Assembly: GCA_963575745.1 (NCBI GenBank)
Contig: CAUYUJ010000336.1
Span: 248,001-312,000 of the forward strand
DNA from: Prorocentrum cordatum
Taxonomy: Eukaryota
Reading direction: 5' to 3'
DNA: 64,000 nt
The notes beneath the pieces are model-generated. The model did not search any database and was not told the DNA's origin. It worked only from the letters and a program-made list of their open reading frames with translations. Below are positions 1 through 10,800 of the stretch, piece by piece. The position numbers and the translations under genes are program-made. Position 1 is the first letter of the stretch; every line of letters begins with the position of its first letter.

Positions 1-335
1 CGACGACGATGATGATGATGACGATGATGACGATGATGATGATGCTGATGATACTCATGATGCTGATGATAATTTGGATGAATATGCGCTTGGTGATGTT
101 GTTGTTGACGACGGCGATGCTGATGATGTTGATGATGTTGATGATGGTGATGATGATGAGGAGGAGGATGATGATGATGATGAGGATGATTATGGTGATG
201 ATGATGCTGATGATGATGATAATGGTGATGATGATTATGATGATCATGAAGGTGGTGGTTGTGGTGATGGTGGTGATGACGGGGAGGAGAGGGAGGAGGA
301 GGAGGAGGAGGAGCAGGAGGAGGAGGAGGACGAGG
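1..335. repeat. Imperfect (GAT)n grading into (GGA)n microsatellite
   Basis: Directly visible trinucleotide runs; they explain the poly-M and poly-D/E ORFs. Confidence 0.95.
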
Positions 336-339
336 AGCC

Positions 340-1590
340 GGCCTCTTGTGAGCGCCTCGTAGGGCCTTTTGAGTGGTTTTTGAAGGAATTCGTGATGAAC
401 ATCAAGCCTCTTGGTGGCCTCTGAAGGGCCTCGTGGGGACCTCTTTGTGGTTTCGTGGGTGCGTATAAGAGGCCGTTTGGTTTTCAGATGCCGTCTTGGA
501 GACCCCATTGGGCTGTGTGGAGTTTCTATTGGGACGCTTTCGGGCCGTCTTGCAATTGTTTGGGGCCCCTTTAGGGGCGTCTTGCGGGCCCCTTGGGCTG
601 TCGTGAGGCCTTTGGGCCATTCTCGGGGCTGCGTTGGGGCCCTCTTGGGCCGTCTTGGCGCTACCTTGGAGGCACCTGAGGCCGTCTCAGGCAGTCGGAA
701 GCCCGAAAAGGTGAGAACGCCAAAACAGGCTCTAACAGCCCAAGGGGAATCGATGAGGATGGCCTTGTCGTGCCTTCCTGAAGGGCCTGTTGAAGCCCCC
801 GCGGGCAGTATTGGGGCCTCTGGGGTGCCTCTGGGCATCTGTGGGTTCAGAAGGGAACACTTGGGTCTTCGGAGGCGATCTTGGGGGCCTCCAGTGGCAG
901 TCTTGGGGCCGCTTGGGTCTCTTCAGGGCCGCCTTGGAAGTCTCGTGGGTCCCCGTAGGGCCCGCTAGGGGCTGTCCTGGGGGCCTCTTGAGCCGTCTTT
1001 GGGCTCTCTCAGCCAGTGTCGGGGCCCATTTGTCGCTTCTTTCGCCGTCGCGGGGGCTACCTTGGCGGCCTCTGGGGTCGTTTTGGGCCGCAGGAAGCAC
1101 ATCCAGGCGAGGACGCGAATATCATTGAAACAGTAAGGGGAGTCAATGAGTTGAGTCTCTTCGGGTCCTCCTGGAGGACCTTTTGGAGCCCTCTTGGGCA
1201 GCATCGGGGCCCGCGCACCAGCGACGGTGCGCCTGCCACCCGCACGGGCCGCTGGCTTCTGATCGGCGATGGCAGTTCCAATTGGGCAGCATCGTGCGCG
1301 TCTATGGCCGTCATGATTTCGTTTTGGACCGTCGTGAGTCCACTTGAGGTTGTCTGTGAGACATTTCGGGGCCATCGAGGTCGCCCTTGGGGCCATGTTG
1401 GGCGTCTTTAGGCCATCCGGGATCGTCTCGGATGCCATCTTGGACCATCTCGGCAACCTGGAATGTGTTATTTAGGGATTTGTTTTGGTACATGGGAACG
1501 TGTTCGGAAGGTTTCGAAGAGACACTATCCAGCACGCCGGCGACCCTCCTTGCACGCAGCGGAGGCCCAGTCCGCCAACGAATTTGAGTC
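340..1590. repeat. Dispersed degenerate repeat rich in GGGGCCTCTTGG-like motifs, probably a non-autonomous element
   Basis: The same motif vocabulary recurs at ~29590-29950, ~36720-37140, ~37670-38140 and ~41040-41320. Boundaries approximate. Confidence 0.5.
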
Positions 1591-1689
1591 TTGGACCAGA
1601 GGCCTCCCTCAGGGGCCTCTCGGAGGCCTCATGTTTGGGACTCTTGGGGTCTTTTCGATGCTTCAGGCGAGAGAGGGGTGTAAATATTC

Positions 1690-1800
1690 ATAGAGAAAAA
1701 GAGAGAAAGAGGGAGAGAGAGAGAGAGAGAGAGCGAGAGAGGGAGAGAGTGAGGGGAGAGAGAGAGAGAGAGAGAGAGCAAACGACAGAGAGAGAGAGGG
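1690..1800. repeat. (GA)n microsatellite
   Basis: Visible dinucleotide run. Confidence 0.9.
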
Positions 1801-2074
1801 GTGAATGGACCGAGGGAGCGTTGTGAGTATCCACATTGCTCGCCAGTCGTATTATCGCACGGTCCCCAAAGGGCTACATGAAGGAGAACTTGATCTCTGG
1901 TCAGATGGGTCATAATCCTTCTCCTAGCAGGTTCTGCTCTAGCTATTGAGTGTTTCCCCTGTTGCATTCACGAGGCTGGGGCGCACGGGGCGGCGACCTC
2001 GACGGCGCATGGGGGGCCGGGGCCTCCGGGGCCCCCCCGAGACAGCCCCAGACAGCCCCGAAACGCCACCCGAG

Positions 2075-2975
2075 AGTCCCAGGAGGTCCCTGGCGCGCTC
2101 TTCGGGCGCCCCGAGCGGCAGGTGTACATCGCGTCCGCGGTGATTGCTATGGGGTGGATGCTGGCGGCCCCGGTCTTCCAGCACATTCACCGCAGGCTGT
2201 GCCGCCTGCCGCCGCCCAGGGGTGCAGGGCTTCCGCCTGAGCTGGAGTGGCGGAAGGGCGAGGCGCGCCCGATCGTCGAGCTGGGCAGTGGCCGCGAATC
2301 CGGCTGGTGGCAGGTGTACATCGACGACTTCGACGCGCCCGAGATCGTGGACGAGGTGCGGGCGCGGCAGCTCGTGGGCACCGTGGCGGACTGCCAGCAG
2401 CGCGTTCGGGAGAGCTACAGGCGCGCTGGCGTGGCCTACTCGGCGGAAAAAGCTCACCTGCGGGAGACGCGAGTTGAGCACATGGGGGCAGACGTGGATG
2501 GCGTCAGCGGACGATTTTCAGCGCCAGGCCCCAAGGTGCTGAGCACCGCTGCCCTTTGCCTCGCGACGTTGTCGCAGGAGCGGGTGCCCTGGCGGGTGTG
2601 CATGATGGTCCTCGGCAAGCTGGCGCGGGCTTGTAAATTCAGACGCCCGCTCTTCGGCCTCCTGAACTGTGTATGGTCCCTGTCGACGGCACGCTCGACA
2701 GTCCTCGACAGTCCGGTGCAATGCCGAGGTGGTCGAGGAGCTCCTCTTGGGCCTCATGCTGCTGCCTACAGCGGCCACTTCTCTCCGCGCCCGCATCGAG
2801 GAGGTGGTCACGGTTTCGGACGCCTCGGAGTTCGTTGGCGGCGTTTGCGCGTCCACGAGCCTCCGCGGGGAGGCGGCATCGGCGCTCAAGTCCATGAGCC
2901 AGGTCGCTGATCACCTCGGCGCGGGCGCTCGGCTGCTCAACATGCCTGGAGACCCGCGGTGCCCTTGGACCGTCT
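2075..2975 (+). pseudogene. DIRS reverse transcriptase C-terminal half plus RNase H N-terminal part
   Basis: VIAMGW, VYIDDFD (2314-2334), HMGADVDG, VLGKL..FRRPL. After a frameshift, TVSDASEFVGGVC (DIRS RNase H TDAS motif) at ~2805-2850. Confidence 0.85.
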
Positions 2976-3016
2976 AACCCGAGGATCCCGAAGTCAGTCG
3001 TTTTGAAGGTGCTCAA

Positions 3017-3760
3017 TGTCCTAGTCTCGTAGGGCTCTTTGACGGCATCGGCGGCCTCGCGGCGCCGCTCTCGAGGTTGCAAGGCCTGCATGGCCGCAAG
3101 AGCTCCCTGTTCTACGAGGTGCCCAGGATCTTCCGGCTCTTCCAGCAGGCGTGCGAGCGGCGGTTCTACTCGCTGCTCGAGAACGCGGCGAGCATGACAG
3201 ACGAGAACGTCAATGCCATGTCCAGCTGCATGGGAGTTAAGCCGCACCTCGTCTGCCGGTCGGTCATGGCGCCGCGTCGCAGGCCGCGGCTCTTCTGGCT
3301 TAGCTGGCAGCTCCGGGTGGCACCGCCGCTGCGCCTTGTCGACAAGGTCTGCTGCCTCGAGGTCATGGCAGACAGCGGGCCGCTGCTGGGCATCGAGTGG
3401 GAAGGCCGGGGGGGTCGCTGGGGCGGGCGCCCGCTCCTCTTCCCGACGCTGGTGTGCTGCAGGCCGCTCCCGAAATTCCCGTCGGCGGCGCGCGGCCTGG
3501 CCTCGGCGTCCGGCGAGGCGCGAGCGCGCTGGCAGGCCAATGTGTTCCGCTAGCACGTTGCGCTGCGCGAGGAGAACAATCCCGTCCAGGATTGTTCTGG
3601 GAGGCTGCCAGGGAGGCTGCCAGAGAGAGAACGGGTGCTCGGGTTCGACGCGGGTCACACCGCTGTAGCCACGATGGGCTCGAACCCGCAGGCAGCCTCG
3701 GACGTCAGGGCCTTCCTGCTTGGGAACAGCTTCAGCTTCTATGCGGCCGCATGGGCTGTG
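3017..3760 (+). pseudogene. DNMT3-like C5 DNA methyltransferase domain with internal deletion
   Basis: Motif I GLFDGIGGL (~3035-3060), SSLFYE, motif VI LLENAASM, motif VIII RPRLFWLSW, ERVLGF, motif X LLGNSFS. The motif II-IV segment with the catalytic PC appears to be missing. Confidence 0.85.
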
Positions 3761-4069
3761 CAGCACGTCCGCCTGGCGGAGTCCGCTTTGGCGCGCCCCC
3801 TGTCCGTGCCCGAAATCGCGCACGTCGGCCAGTGCCGCGAGACCTGGGACCAGCGCGGCTGCTTCGAGGACAGCTCGGGCGACCCGAACACCGAGGTGGC
3901 CAGGCGTCTCGCCCTCCATTACCTGAGACGCGCGGAGAAGGGGGCTCGGACGCGCGGCTGGATTGCGGCCTGCCGCGCCGTCCAAGAGGCCGGCCTCGCT
4001 CGAGCCTGGCCCCCTTCGCGCGGCGGCGGCGCGTCGTACTGAGCATGGCGTGTCCCGCGCGAGACGCGC

Positions 4070-4335
4070 GCGCGCATCAATGTGAGAGAGCTGCAGGCGG
4101 CGCTGGCAGCTCTGCGATGGCGAGCGCGGAAGTCAGCCGGGCACTGCACGCGGTGGCCCCACTTCGTCGACAGACAAGTCGCGGCGGCCATCGTGACCAA
4201 GGGTCGCAGCAGCAGCCGCCGCTTGCAGCCAGCGCCGAGGCGCTGGATGGCCATGGCGATCGCGGCGGACATGCGCCCGCTGGTCGGCCACGTGGTCTCG
4301 GGGGACAACCCGGCAGACGAGCCGTCTCGCAAGCT
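4070..4335 (+). pseudogene. DIRS RNase H C-terminal part
   Basis: INVRELQA, FVDRQV..IVTKGRSSS and NPADEPSR match the DIRS RNase H pattern IN..EL / DS.V / NPAD..SR. Confidence 0.85.
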
Positions 4336-4429
4336 GTGGCGTGGCTCACGGCTCAGGAAGCGCGGCGAGGCGCGGCCCGCCGTGCCCCCGCGCGGGCCGC
4401 CGCTGCTGCGCCGAAGTGGCGCGCGAAGC

Positions 4430-5110
4430 GCCGGCAGACCCTCGCCTCGCTGCGCGCGGGGTTTGCGACTCGGGCGAGGTACACTCGCGCGGTGCAGGAC
4501 CTGCAGAGGCACTGCGGGGTGAGCCCTCAGGGGGTGCGCGTCCTGGGCGACGAGGCGGAGGGCGCTGACAGCCTGGTCGCCAGCTACTTGGAGGCGATTT
4601 GGCAGAGCGGAGTGGGCATCGCGCTGGCGAACAACACCGTCGCGGGCGCGTGCTTCCTGCTGCCCAAGCTGCGGCGGAGGCAGGATCTGTCGCGGGCGCT
4701 GCTGAAGGCCTGGCGCCGAGCGGAGCCAGCAGAGCGGGCGCTGCCGTTCACGCCCGATCTCGTCGCGGCCACGGCGGGCCTGGCGGCGGAGGCCAGCGTT
4801 CGACGTGGGTTTCCTGCTGCTCATCTGTTTCGAGGGCCTGCTTCGCGGTGGCGAGGCCTTTGCGCTGACGACGGACGACGCCCTCGACCGGGGCGACTTC
4901 GCCGTGCTGCGGATCAAGACGTCGAAGACCACAGCGGGCAAGGACGCTGCAGAGGCCGTCGTCATCCGGTCAGCCTGCGGTCGTCCTCCATGGAGGCCGC
5001 GCTCGTGAAGGGCAGGTGGGCCAGCAGTATGGCGGCCCGCATTTGCATCGAGGGTGCTGTGGCAGACCTCGTGCTCGTGCGGCCCACAGACCAGGCCGCC
5101 GCCTCTCTTT
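4430..5110 (+). pseudogene. Tyrosine recombinase (frameshifted, internally deleted)
   Basis: TRARYTRAV, YLEAIWQSG, RALPFTP, ICFEGLLRGGEAFAL (box I R), IKTSKT, and GRWAS..ARICI (box II, with the catalytic Y position changed). Confidence 0.8.
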
Positions 5111-5309
5111 TGCATGGATTGCGCTTGTTGCGAGCTCTCAAAGCTGTACATTTTTTTTGCATGGCATATACTCACGAGCTTCGCTCTGGCAGTGATCTCA
5201 TCATCCCCAATTCGAGGAGCAGACTAATGCATTGCAAATGAGGTGGAGGGGTGGCGAGTTTAACCGTATTTTCACGGCTAGTAAGTCACGAGGGGGTGGA
5301 GTTGGTATA

Positions 5310-5576
5310 GCGCGTTTTTCCAGATTTTTCGGTGCCGCGGACTGGGGTTCATTGGGGCTTGGGTCCTGAAGCGCCCTTCCCTGTCGTGAAGCTGGCCCGT
5401 GAAGCCCAGAGTGAAGCCGGTGTGGACTGCCACGCTTGGTTGCTCTGGCTGCGGGGGTCTTGCTCTTCGCTCGGCGCAGCTGCGGGGGAATGGGGCGTCG
5501 GGCGGTTCGCAGCGAACAGCAGTCTGAGGGGGAAACTGAGCTATTAGACCATTGGCGTGGACACGTGCAGTAAAAC
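5310..5576 (+). repeat. DIRS 3' direct repeat copy 1 (B1-like)
   Basis: About 267 bp, closely similar to 5763-6029; both end in GGACACGTGCAGTAAAAC. Confidence 0.9.
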
Positions 5577-5762
5577 GGTATGTCCGTATACTGACTTGTA
5601 TGGTCATACCATTTGGTGCGTGTGTCCCCTACGCCGTCGACCCTCCGTTCCAGAGCTAGGAGCTGTTCTGGCTCCCGACCCTCGCACCACCCACCATAAT
5701 AATCTCTTGTAGAGGCTAGCCGGCCCAATGCTTGCCTGAGGTGCCGTAGCCCATCAGGCATG

Positions 5763-6029
5763 GCGTGTTTTCCCTGATTTTGTGGTGCCGCGGACTGGGG
5801 TTCATTGGGACCTGGGTCCTGAAACGCCCCTCCCTGTCGTGAAGTTGGTCCGTGAAGCCCAGAGTGACGCCGGTGTGGATTGCCACGCTTGGTTGTTCTG
5901 GCTGCGGGGGTCTTGCTCTTCGCTCGGCGCAGCTGCTGGGGAAGGGGGAGTCGGGCGGCTCGCGGCGAACCGCAGTCTGAGGGGGAAAGTGCACTATTAG
6001 ACCACTGGCGTGGACACGTGCAGTAAAAC
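5763..6029 (+). repeat. DIRS 3' direct repeat copy 2 (B2-like)
   Basis: Second copy of 5310-5576, separated from it by ~186 bp of unique sequence. Confidence 0.9.
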
Positions 6030-6819
6030 TGTGTATATATAAATATGTATATATATATACATATGCATCCGTCTTCTGCATCCGTCTTAGCGGTGCAAGA
6101 TGGGCAGGTGCATGTCCATCACGTCGCTGTCGATAATTCTCCTTCCCCTGTGAATGAACAGTTGTTCTCCGGGCCGACCGGTTAGACTCGTTCTCTGTAC
6201 AGGTTTTGCTGCAATTCGTGTTGTTCTCTCCGTTGGGCTGGTTGGGCTGGCCGTTTGCATAGTCTCGTCGGCGTCGCTGCGACGTGTGCAATATCTTGCG
6301 TCAGCGTTTTTTTGTTGATGTCTTATTCGTATTCCTCCGATGAACGAACAGTTGCTATCTGGGCTGGTGTTTCAGAAGTTTCTTCCCAGCAGGTTCTGCT
6401 CTGACTACTTGTGATATGTGTTGGGCTGTCGGGTGACCAGACTTCCCCGCGCTGTCTCATGTCTGGCCTTGGCCATTGGCAAACAAAATACGAAACACAT
6501 CCCGGATTCTTCCCAGGTCGCGAAAGCTTTTCAGCTGCCCGTCGCGTGATTTGTAATGACTAGAAGATTTTGCGAGCGTTTTTGGGTCAGTTGCAACGAA
6601 GTCTCGAGCCTGAGCTTCGCCTTGCGAGTGGTCGCAAGAGCCTCTCAGGGCCATTTCGGGACCTCCCGAGGAGCATCCCAACAGGTTCTCCTGAATTCTC
6701 AGTACCACTTGAGGACCATCTCAGGACCACTTCAAGACGCTCTCAGGAACCTCGCAGGAAAGTGGACGGGATCTCTGGGTGTATGTATTGACAATACATA
6801 CGCCGTGCAGTATGTAATT

Positions 6820-7030
6820 TATAGAGAGAGAGAGAGAATACATATATCTATATATATATATCTATATATAGCGCGAGAGAGAGACAATGAGAGAGAATGG
6901 AGAGAACCTGGCAGAGAGACAGAACGAGTGACATCGCTAGAAGTCGAGAGAGAGAGAGAGGGAGACAGAGAGAAAGGCAGAGAAAGAGAGAGGGAGAGAG
7001 ACAGAGAAGAGTTGAGGAGATGAGAGGAGC
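6820..7030. repeat. (GA)n/(TA)n microsatellite
   Basis: Visible runs. Confidence 0.85.
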
Positions 7031-8263
7031 GAAAGAAAGAGGGGGAATATGAACACATATTATGCTGAGGGTGACGTTTGGACGTGGAGGTGGAGAAGGA
7101 GGGCAGGGGGAAGAATGAGTTAAAGAGGATGATGCGAACGATGAGGATAGGAGGGGAGGGCGAGCATGAGGACGATGAGGATGAGAGCAGTGCAGAGGCA
7201 TAAAAAAACACATGTGAACTGGGAGATCTCGGGGGTTCACGAAAGGATAACAAAAGTGATGTGGCCAATGAGGTCCGCGCGTAGTGTCGGCGATGCGCGT
7301 TGTCATCGTCAGTTTAGTTGCGTCGGAGTACCCGCAGCAGCGTCGCTGTTAGCATCACCGTTGCCCATACATCAACATGCGATGTTGTTAGCAGCGTTTT
7401 TTTTCTGAGCCTTATGTTCGAATGCAAGGTGGTTGGCGTGGGTAGGACTAGAGGACAATCATGAGCGGAGAGCGCGCGCGCGTGGTTCTAGCGCTATACA
7501 TGTTCCGCATTCGCGCGATACGAACATGCCGAACTTCAGCGTCATCTCAAGATGAGTGTGCAATTTCGGTAGCTCGTTCTTGGGCCGCTCTCACTTAGGG
7601 TTCCTTCTCTGACGCAGCAGGGTCTAGCTACCGGGGGCGCACCCACACCCAGCGTTGACGAGGCCCCTTGACGTTTCTGTCGATTGGTCTCGTTCGCGCT
7701 CTTTGCCTCTCTCTCTCTCTCTCCTCTCTTCCGCGTTCTCTGGCAGTGGGAGTGGCCATTGTGCTGGAGCAAGAAACTCGCAATCTTGTTGTTGGCGCCA
7801 CACCAGGCCATTCACACACATATGGGTATGTATTCACGCACAGCTCATACGTAGCTCGACTGCTTCTCCAACAACATCCCCGCTGAACACTAGGATTTCG
7901 AGTACCTTTCGAAATGAAACCCTGCTGAGAATCATAATCGCAACGAGGTGCCGAAGAGGAACCCCACAGCTGCAACATGCTTAAGGCACGCTGGCAGGGG
8001 CGTTCTCCCCAGTTTTCTGAATAGGTTCGGCAATACCGATCCGTCTGTGTTTTGGCGGTGCGTATCGATGGGGACAACATGTTTACCGCATGCGATCAAG
8101 TAGCAGATGTTCAAGGTGCTTCGGCGATGCGTACCGACGCTCATGGGATGCTATATGTCGCGTGTCGCATTTACACATCTAGGTCTGTGCGACATTACAG
8201 GAATTGGGTACCTGATGTGCTGTTGCATTTCTCCTTGCTGGGGGGTGGGCGCTGCGGTTGCAG

Positions 8264-8342
8264 GCTCGAAGGGCTCGATCTCGCAGACCGTCTTCCTGGC
8301 CCGCATGTTGAGGCTCTTGCGCCTCGTCCGGATCTTCCGACG
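8264..8342 (+). CDS. Single-domain voltage-gated cation channel, exon encoding the S4 voltage sensor
   Basis: CAG acceptor at 8261-8263; reads (G)SKGSISQTVFLARMLRLLRLVRIFR with Arg every third residue; probable GC donor. Confidence 0.8.
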
Positions 8343-8770
8343 GCGGTGGCGAGGGGCCAGAAATGGAGGAGGTTTCTATGGCAGGCAAGGTTGCACGAGA
8401 GAATTTTGGGCCGGGGCTTTCCTCCAAGCACATCCGTCATCCCTCGAACCTGTGCGGTTCCTCACAACTTCTCTGAGATGCGAGTGACGATGCTGCGGAG
8501 CACTAAAAGCACGGGGTGCGGTGAACCAGTACCCAGCAGCTCGCGACTTCATTTTCAACGCCGACGTTGGCGTGTTCAGAGCCACGGATTGAAACAGATT
8601 TTGGGATGCCACATCCTTCCCCCTTCCCCTCGCCCGTCAGTGCGATCGTCCTCTCTCTCCCACTCCCCTTCCACTCGCTCTCCTCTTCCTTGCCCCATCG
8701 GCCCTTCCCTGCCTGCCCCCCTCCTTCCCATCCCCCCTTGCCTTGTGCAGCCCCGCTGCGGCCAGAGCAG

Positions 8771-8825
8771 GTCCTTCCCAAGGCTGAACATGCTCGCCCG
8801 CGGGCTGATGGAGTCGTTCCCGCAG
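8771..8825 (+). CDS. Channel exon, S4-S5 linker
   Basis: CAG acceptor and GT donor; SFPRLNMLARGLMESFPQ; phase matches both neighbouring exons. Confidence 0.8.
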
Positions 8826-9257
8826 GTGGGCACGCCGAGGCCCGGCCGCCCGCAGACGGGGGTGGCGGGGGGGGGGGGGCGGCCTCCTGAGAGGGCAGAG
8901 GGGGGAGCTCTTCGGGAGCCCCCCCCCCCGCCTTCGGGAGGGCTCCTCGGAGGCACCCGGCCCCTTCCACGGGGCACCCCGCCCTCCCCGGAGGCCGGCC
9001 CGCTCGCCCCGCACCTGCCTGCTGCGCGTCGCCAGGCCGCGCGTCGGGGCGGCGCGAACCCATCGGGGGCCACTCGCTCCCCCCCCAGAAGCGATCCCCG
9101 GGACGCCTCCAGGACACCGCCCGACAAGCCTGCCGGGCTACGCCCAGCAAGGGCCACGATGGAGGCCCCAAAGCCCCAGAAGAGCAGAGACTGAGAGAGA
9201 GGGAGAGCGAGAGGAAGAGAGAGAGAGAGAGAGCTGCAGCGCGAGATGTCACAGCAG

Positions 9258-9299
9258 GTGGCCACGGTGCTGGCGCTGGTCCTCATGCTCGTCTTCATC
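9258..9299 (+). CDS. Channel exon, S5 first part
   Basis: CAG|GTG acceptor, VATVLALVLMLVFI, GT donor at 9300. Confidence 0.75.
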
Positions 9300-9369
9300 G
9301 TCGGCCCCCCAGCAGGGCCAGCCAGCGGATCCTTGCGCCAGTGCTCTCCCCTGTTTTGTTTCGACGTTG

Positions 9370-9451
9370 CAAGCCTAGCCCCAGGGCTGACTTGGCCCAC
9401 TTGGCGACTTCAAGCCTAACCCCAGGGCAGACTTGGCCCACTTTGCGACTT
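9370..9451. repeat. 41-bp tandem duplication (intronic)
   Basis: Two near-identical copies of CAAGCCTA.CCCCAGGGC.GACTTGGCCCACTT.GCGACTT. Confidence 0.85.
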
Positions 9452-9608
9452 GGCCGGAGGATGAGGAGGACGGATGATGAGGAGGAGGAGGAGGAGGATG
9501 GGGAGGAGGCGGAGGAGCAGGGGCAGCACCGGGAAGGAGGACGAGAGGGAAAGGAAGCATTCGGTTCCACGCCCTCCTCCTCCTCCTCCTCCTCCTCGTC
9601 TTCCCCCT

Positions 9609-9630
9609 TCTGTAGCCATTTTGGCTCCAG
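9609..9630 (+). other. Dinoflagellate spliced-leader relic (20/22 match)
   Basis: TCTGTAGCCATTTTGGCTCCAG versus DCCGTAGCCATTTTGGCTCAAG. Confidence 0.85.
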
Positions 9631-10800
9631 GTTTTGAGATTTCTTCCGGAATATGTGGGTACCGCTGGTCCGCGGGAGTGCCAACGCCTTTTGCTTGCCC
9701 TCCTTTTTTCTTGGCCCTGGCGGGGAGCTGCGCGCTGCCGCCTCTTCATCACGACTTCCCCTCGCCTGCTGGCGTGGGTCCTCCCAGTCGAGCTACGGGT
9801 TCCAAGCAGAGACGCGCCGCGCAGGCCGAACCTTGGCACTGTAAGTGGTGCAAATGCAAACCGACGGACTCTCCATGGATCAACAAGGCTGATCACGAGT
9901 GGTGTCCGCAGCGTGGCCTTCCCAAGGGTACTGCGTTCAAAGGCGTTCCTTTTCCTTCTCCCAGCGTTCCCGTTCGCCAGTCGGCGTCCATGATTTTTGT
10001 GCGTGCGTCTAAGCTTGCCAAGCACTTCGACGAACTCAAGAAAAATATGGCAGGAGAAGAAGCAGATGGCAGGTCTGGCGCTGTCGGGAGGCAAACTGGC
10101 CAAATGGGAGCGCTACCGGTGGAGGGGGCGGTCCTTCCACACCTTAGAGCAAGCGTCAGCGAGCTGACGGTGACAAGCACCAGCGTATTGCCGACAATGG
10201 GAAGATCCTCTCCGCTATAGGGCCCAAGGACGGTGAAGTGCGTGTCAAGTTCGTCGGGGCACCGGATCGGTTTCAATCTGAATTCTAGTCGGGAATGCCG
10301 TTCGAAGCATAAACACGCGGCCTCAGCAAGCTGATCAAGGTCGCCAAGACCACAACAACCAACTGCTCAGCTACGGATGAAGCCGCCTTGTTGGCGCTTG
10401 ACAAGGCACATCAATCACTCGAGCAAGCTGAAGCTGACGAGACCATCTCTAAGCAAATCATGATTCTGGCCAGTGCGCAGCTAGGCGGTAGGCAAATGGC
10501 GATGTCACCATTGCGGGGGATTGGCCTGGATTTCGACAACTCTCAATGCCTTGCTTACGCACCGAGAGACTCGGGTTCGCTTGCCGTCCCCGATCTAACG
10601 ACGCCCGCATGACCCGTTGTTTTGTTCGGCGGCAGTGAAGGTTGCTTTGGGCGCGGCCGACAAGGCCCAGGAGGCCCAGGAGTTCCAGGACCGCCCAGCC
10701 CCCCCCCGCCTCCCGAGCCACCTCCCTTTGCTGACCTCGGGCGCGACGTTTACTCTGTTTGGCCCGCACATGCGCGCCGCCGCCGCGACGCCGCGCGCGG
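9631..10800 (+). pseudogene. Decayed ORF after the SL relic, with a Zn-finger-like motif; probably the 5' part (ORF1) of a retro-copy
   Basis: WHCKWCKCK...WINKADHEWC motif (W-x-C-x2-C...N...C). Intronless, frameshifted and directly downstream of the SL. Confidence 0.45.

Larger units (their letters stand above)
2075..6029 (+). mobile_element. 5'-truncated, decayed DIRS-order (tyrosine recombinase) retrotransposon carrying a C5-cytosine methyltransferase
   Basis: Domain order RT, RNase H N-part, DNMT, RNase H C-part, YR, then two ~267-bp direct repeats. Many frameshifts and stops. Confidence 0.88.

Noticed and set aside
9..424. Poly-Met and poly-Asp/Glu ORFs, and the similar poly-His ORF at 35839-36426
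   Set aside because: Translations of trinucleotide microsatellites.
3397..5241. 614-aa ORF as one intact gene
   Set aside because: Only its distal part is in the recombinase frame; the rest is an off-frame read of the MTase and RNase H in GC-rich DNA.
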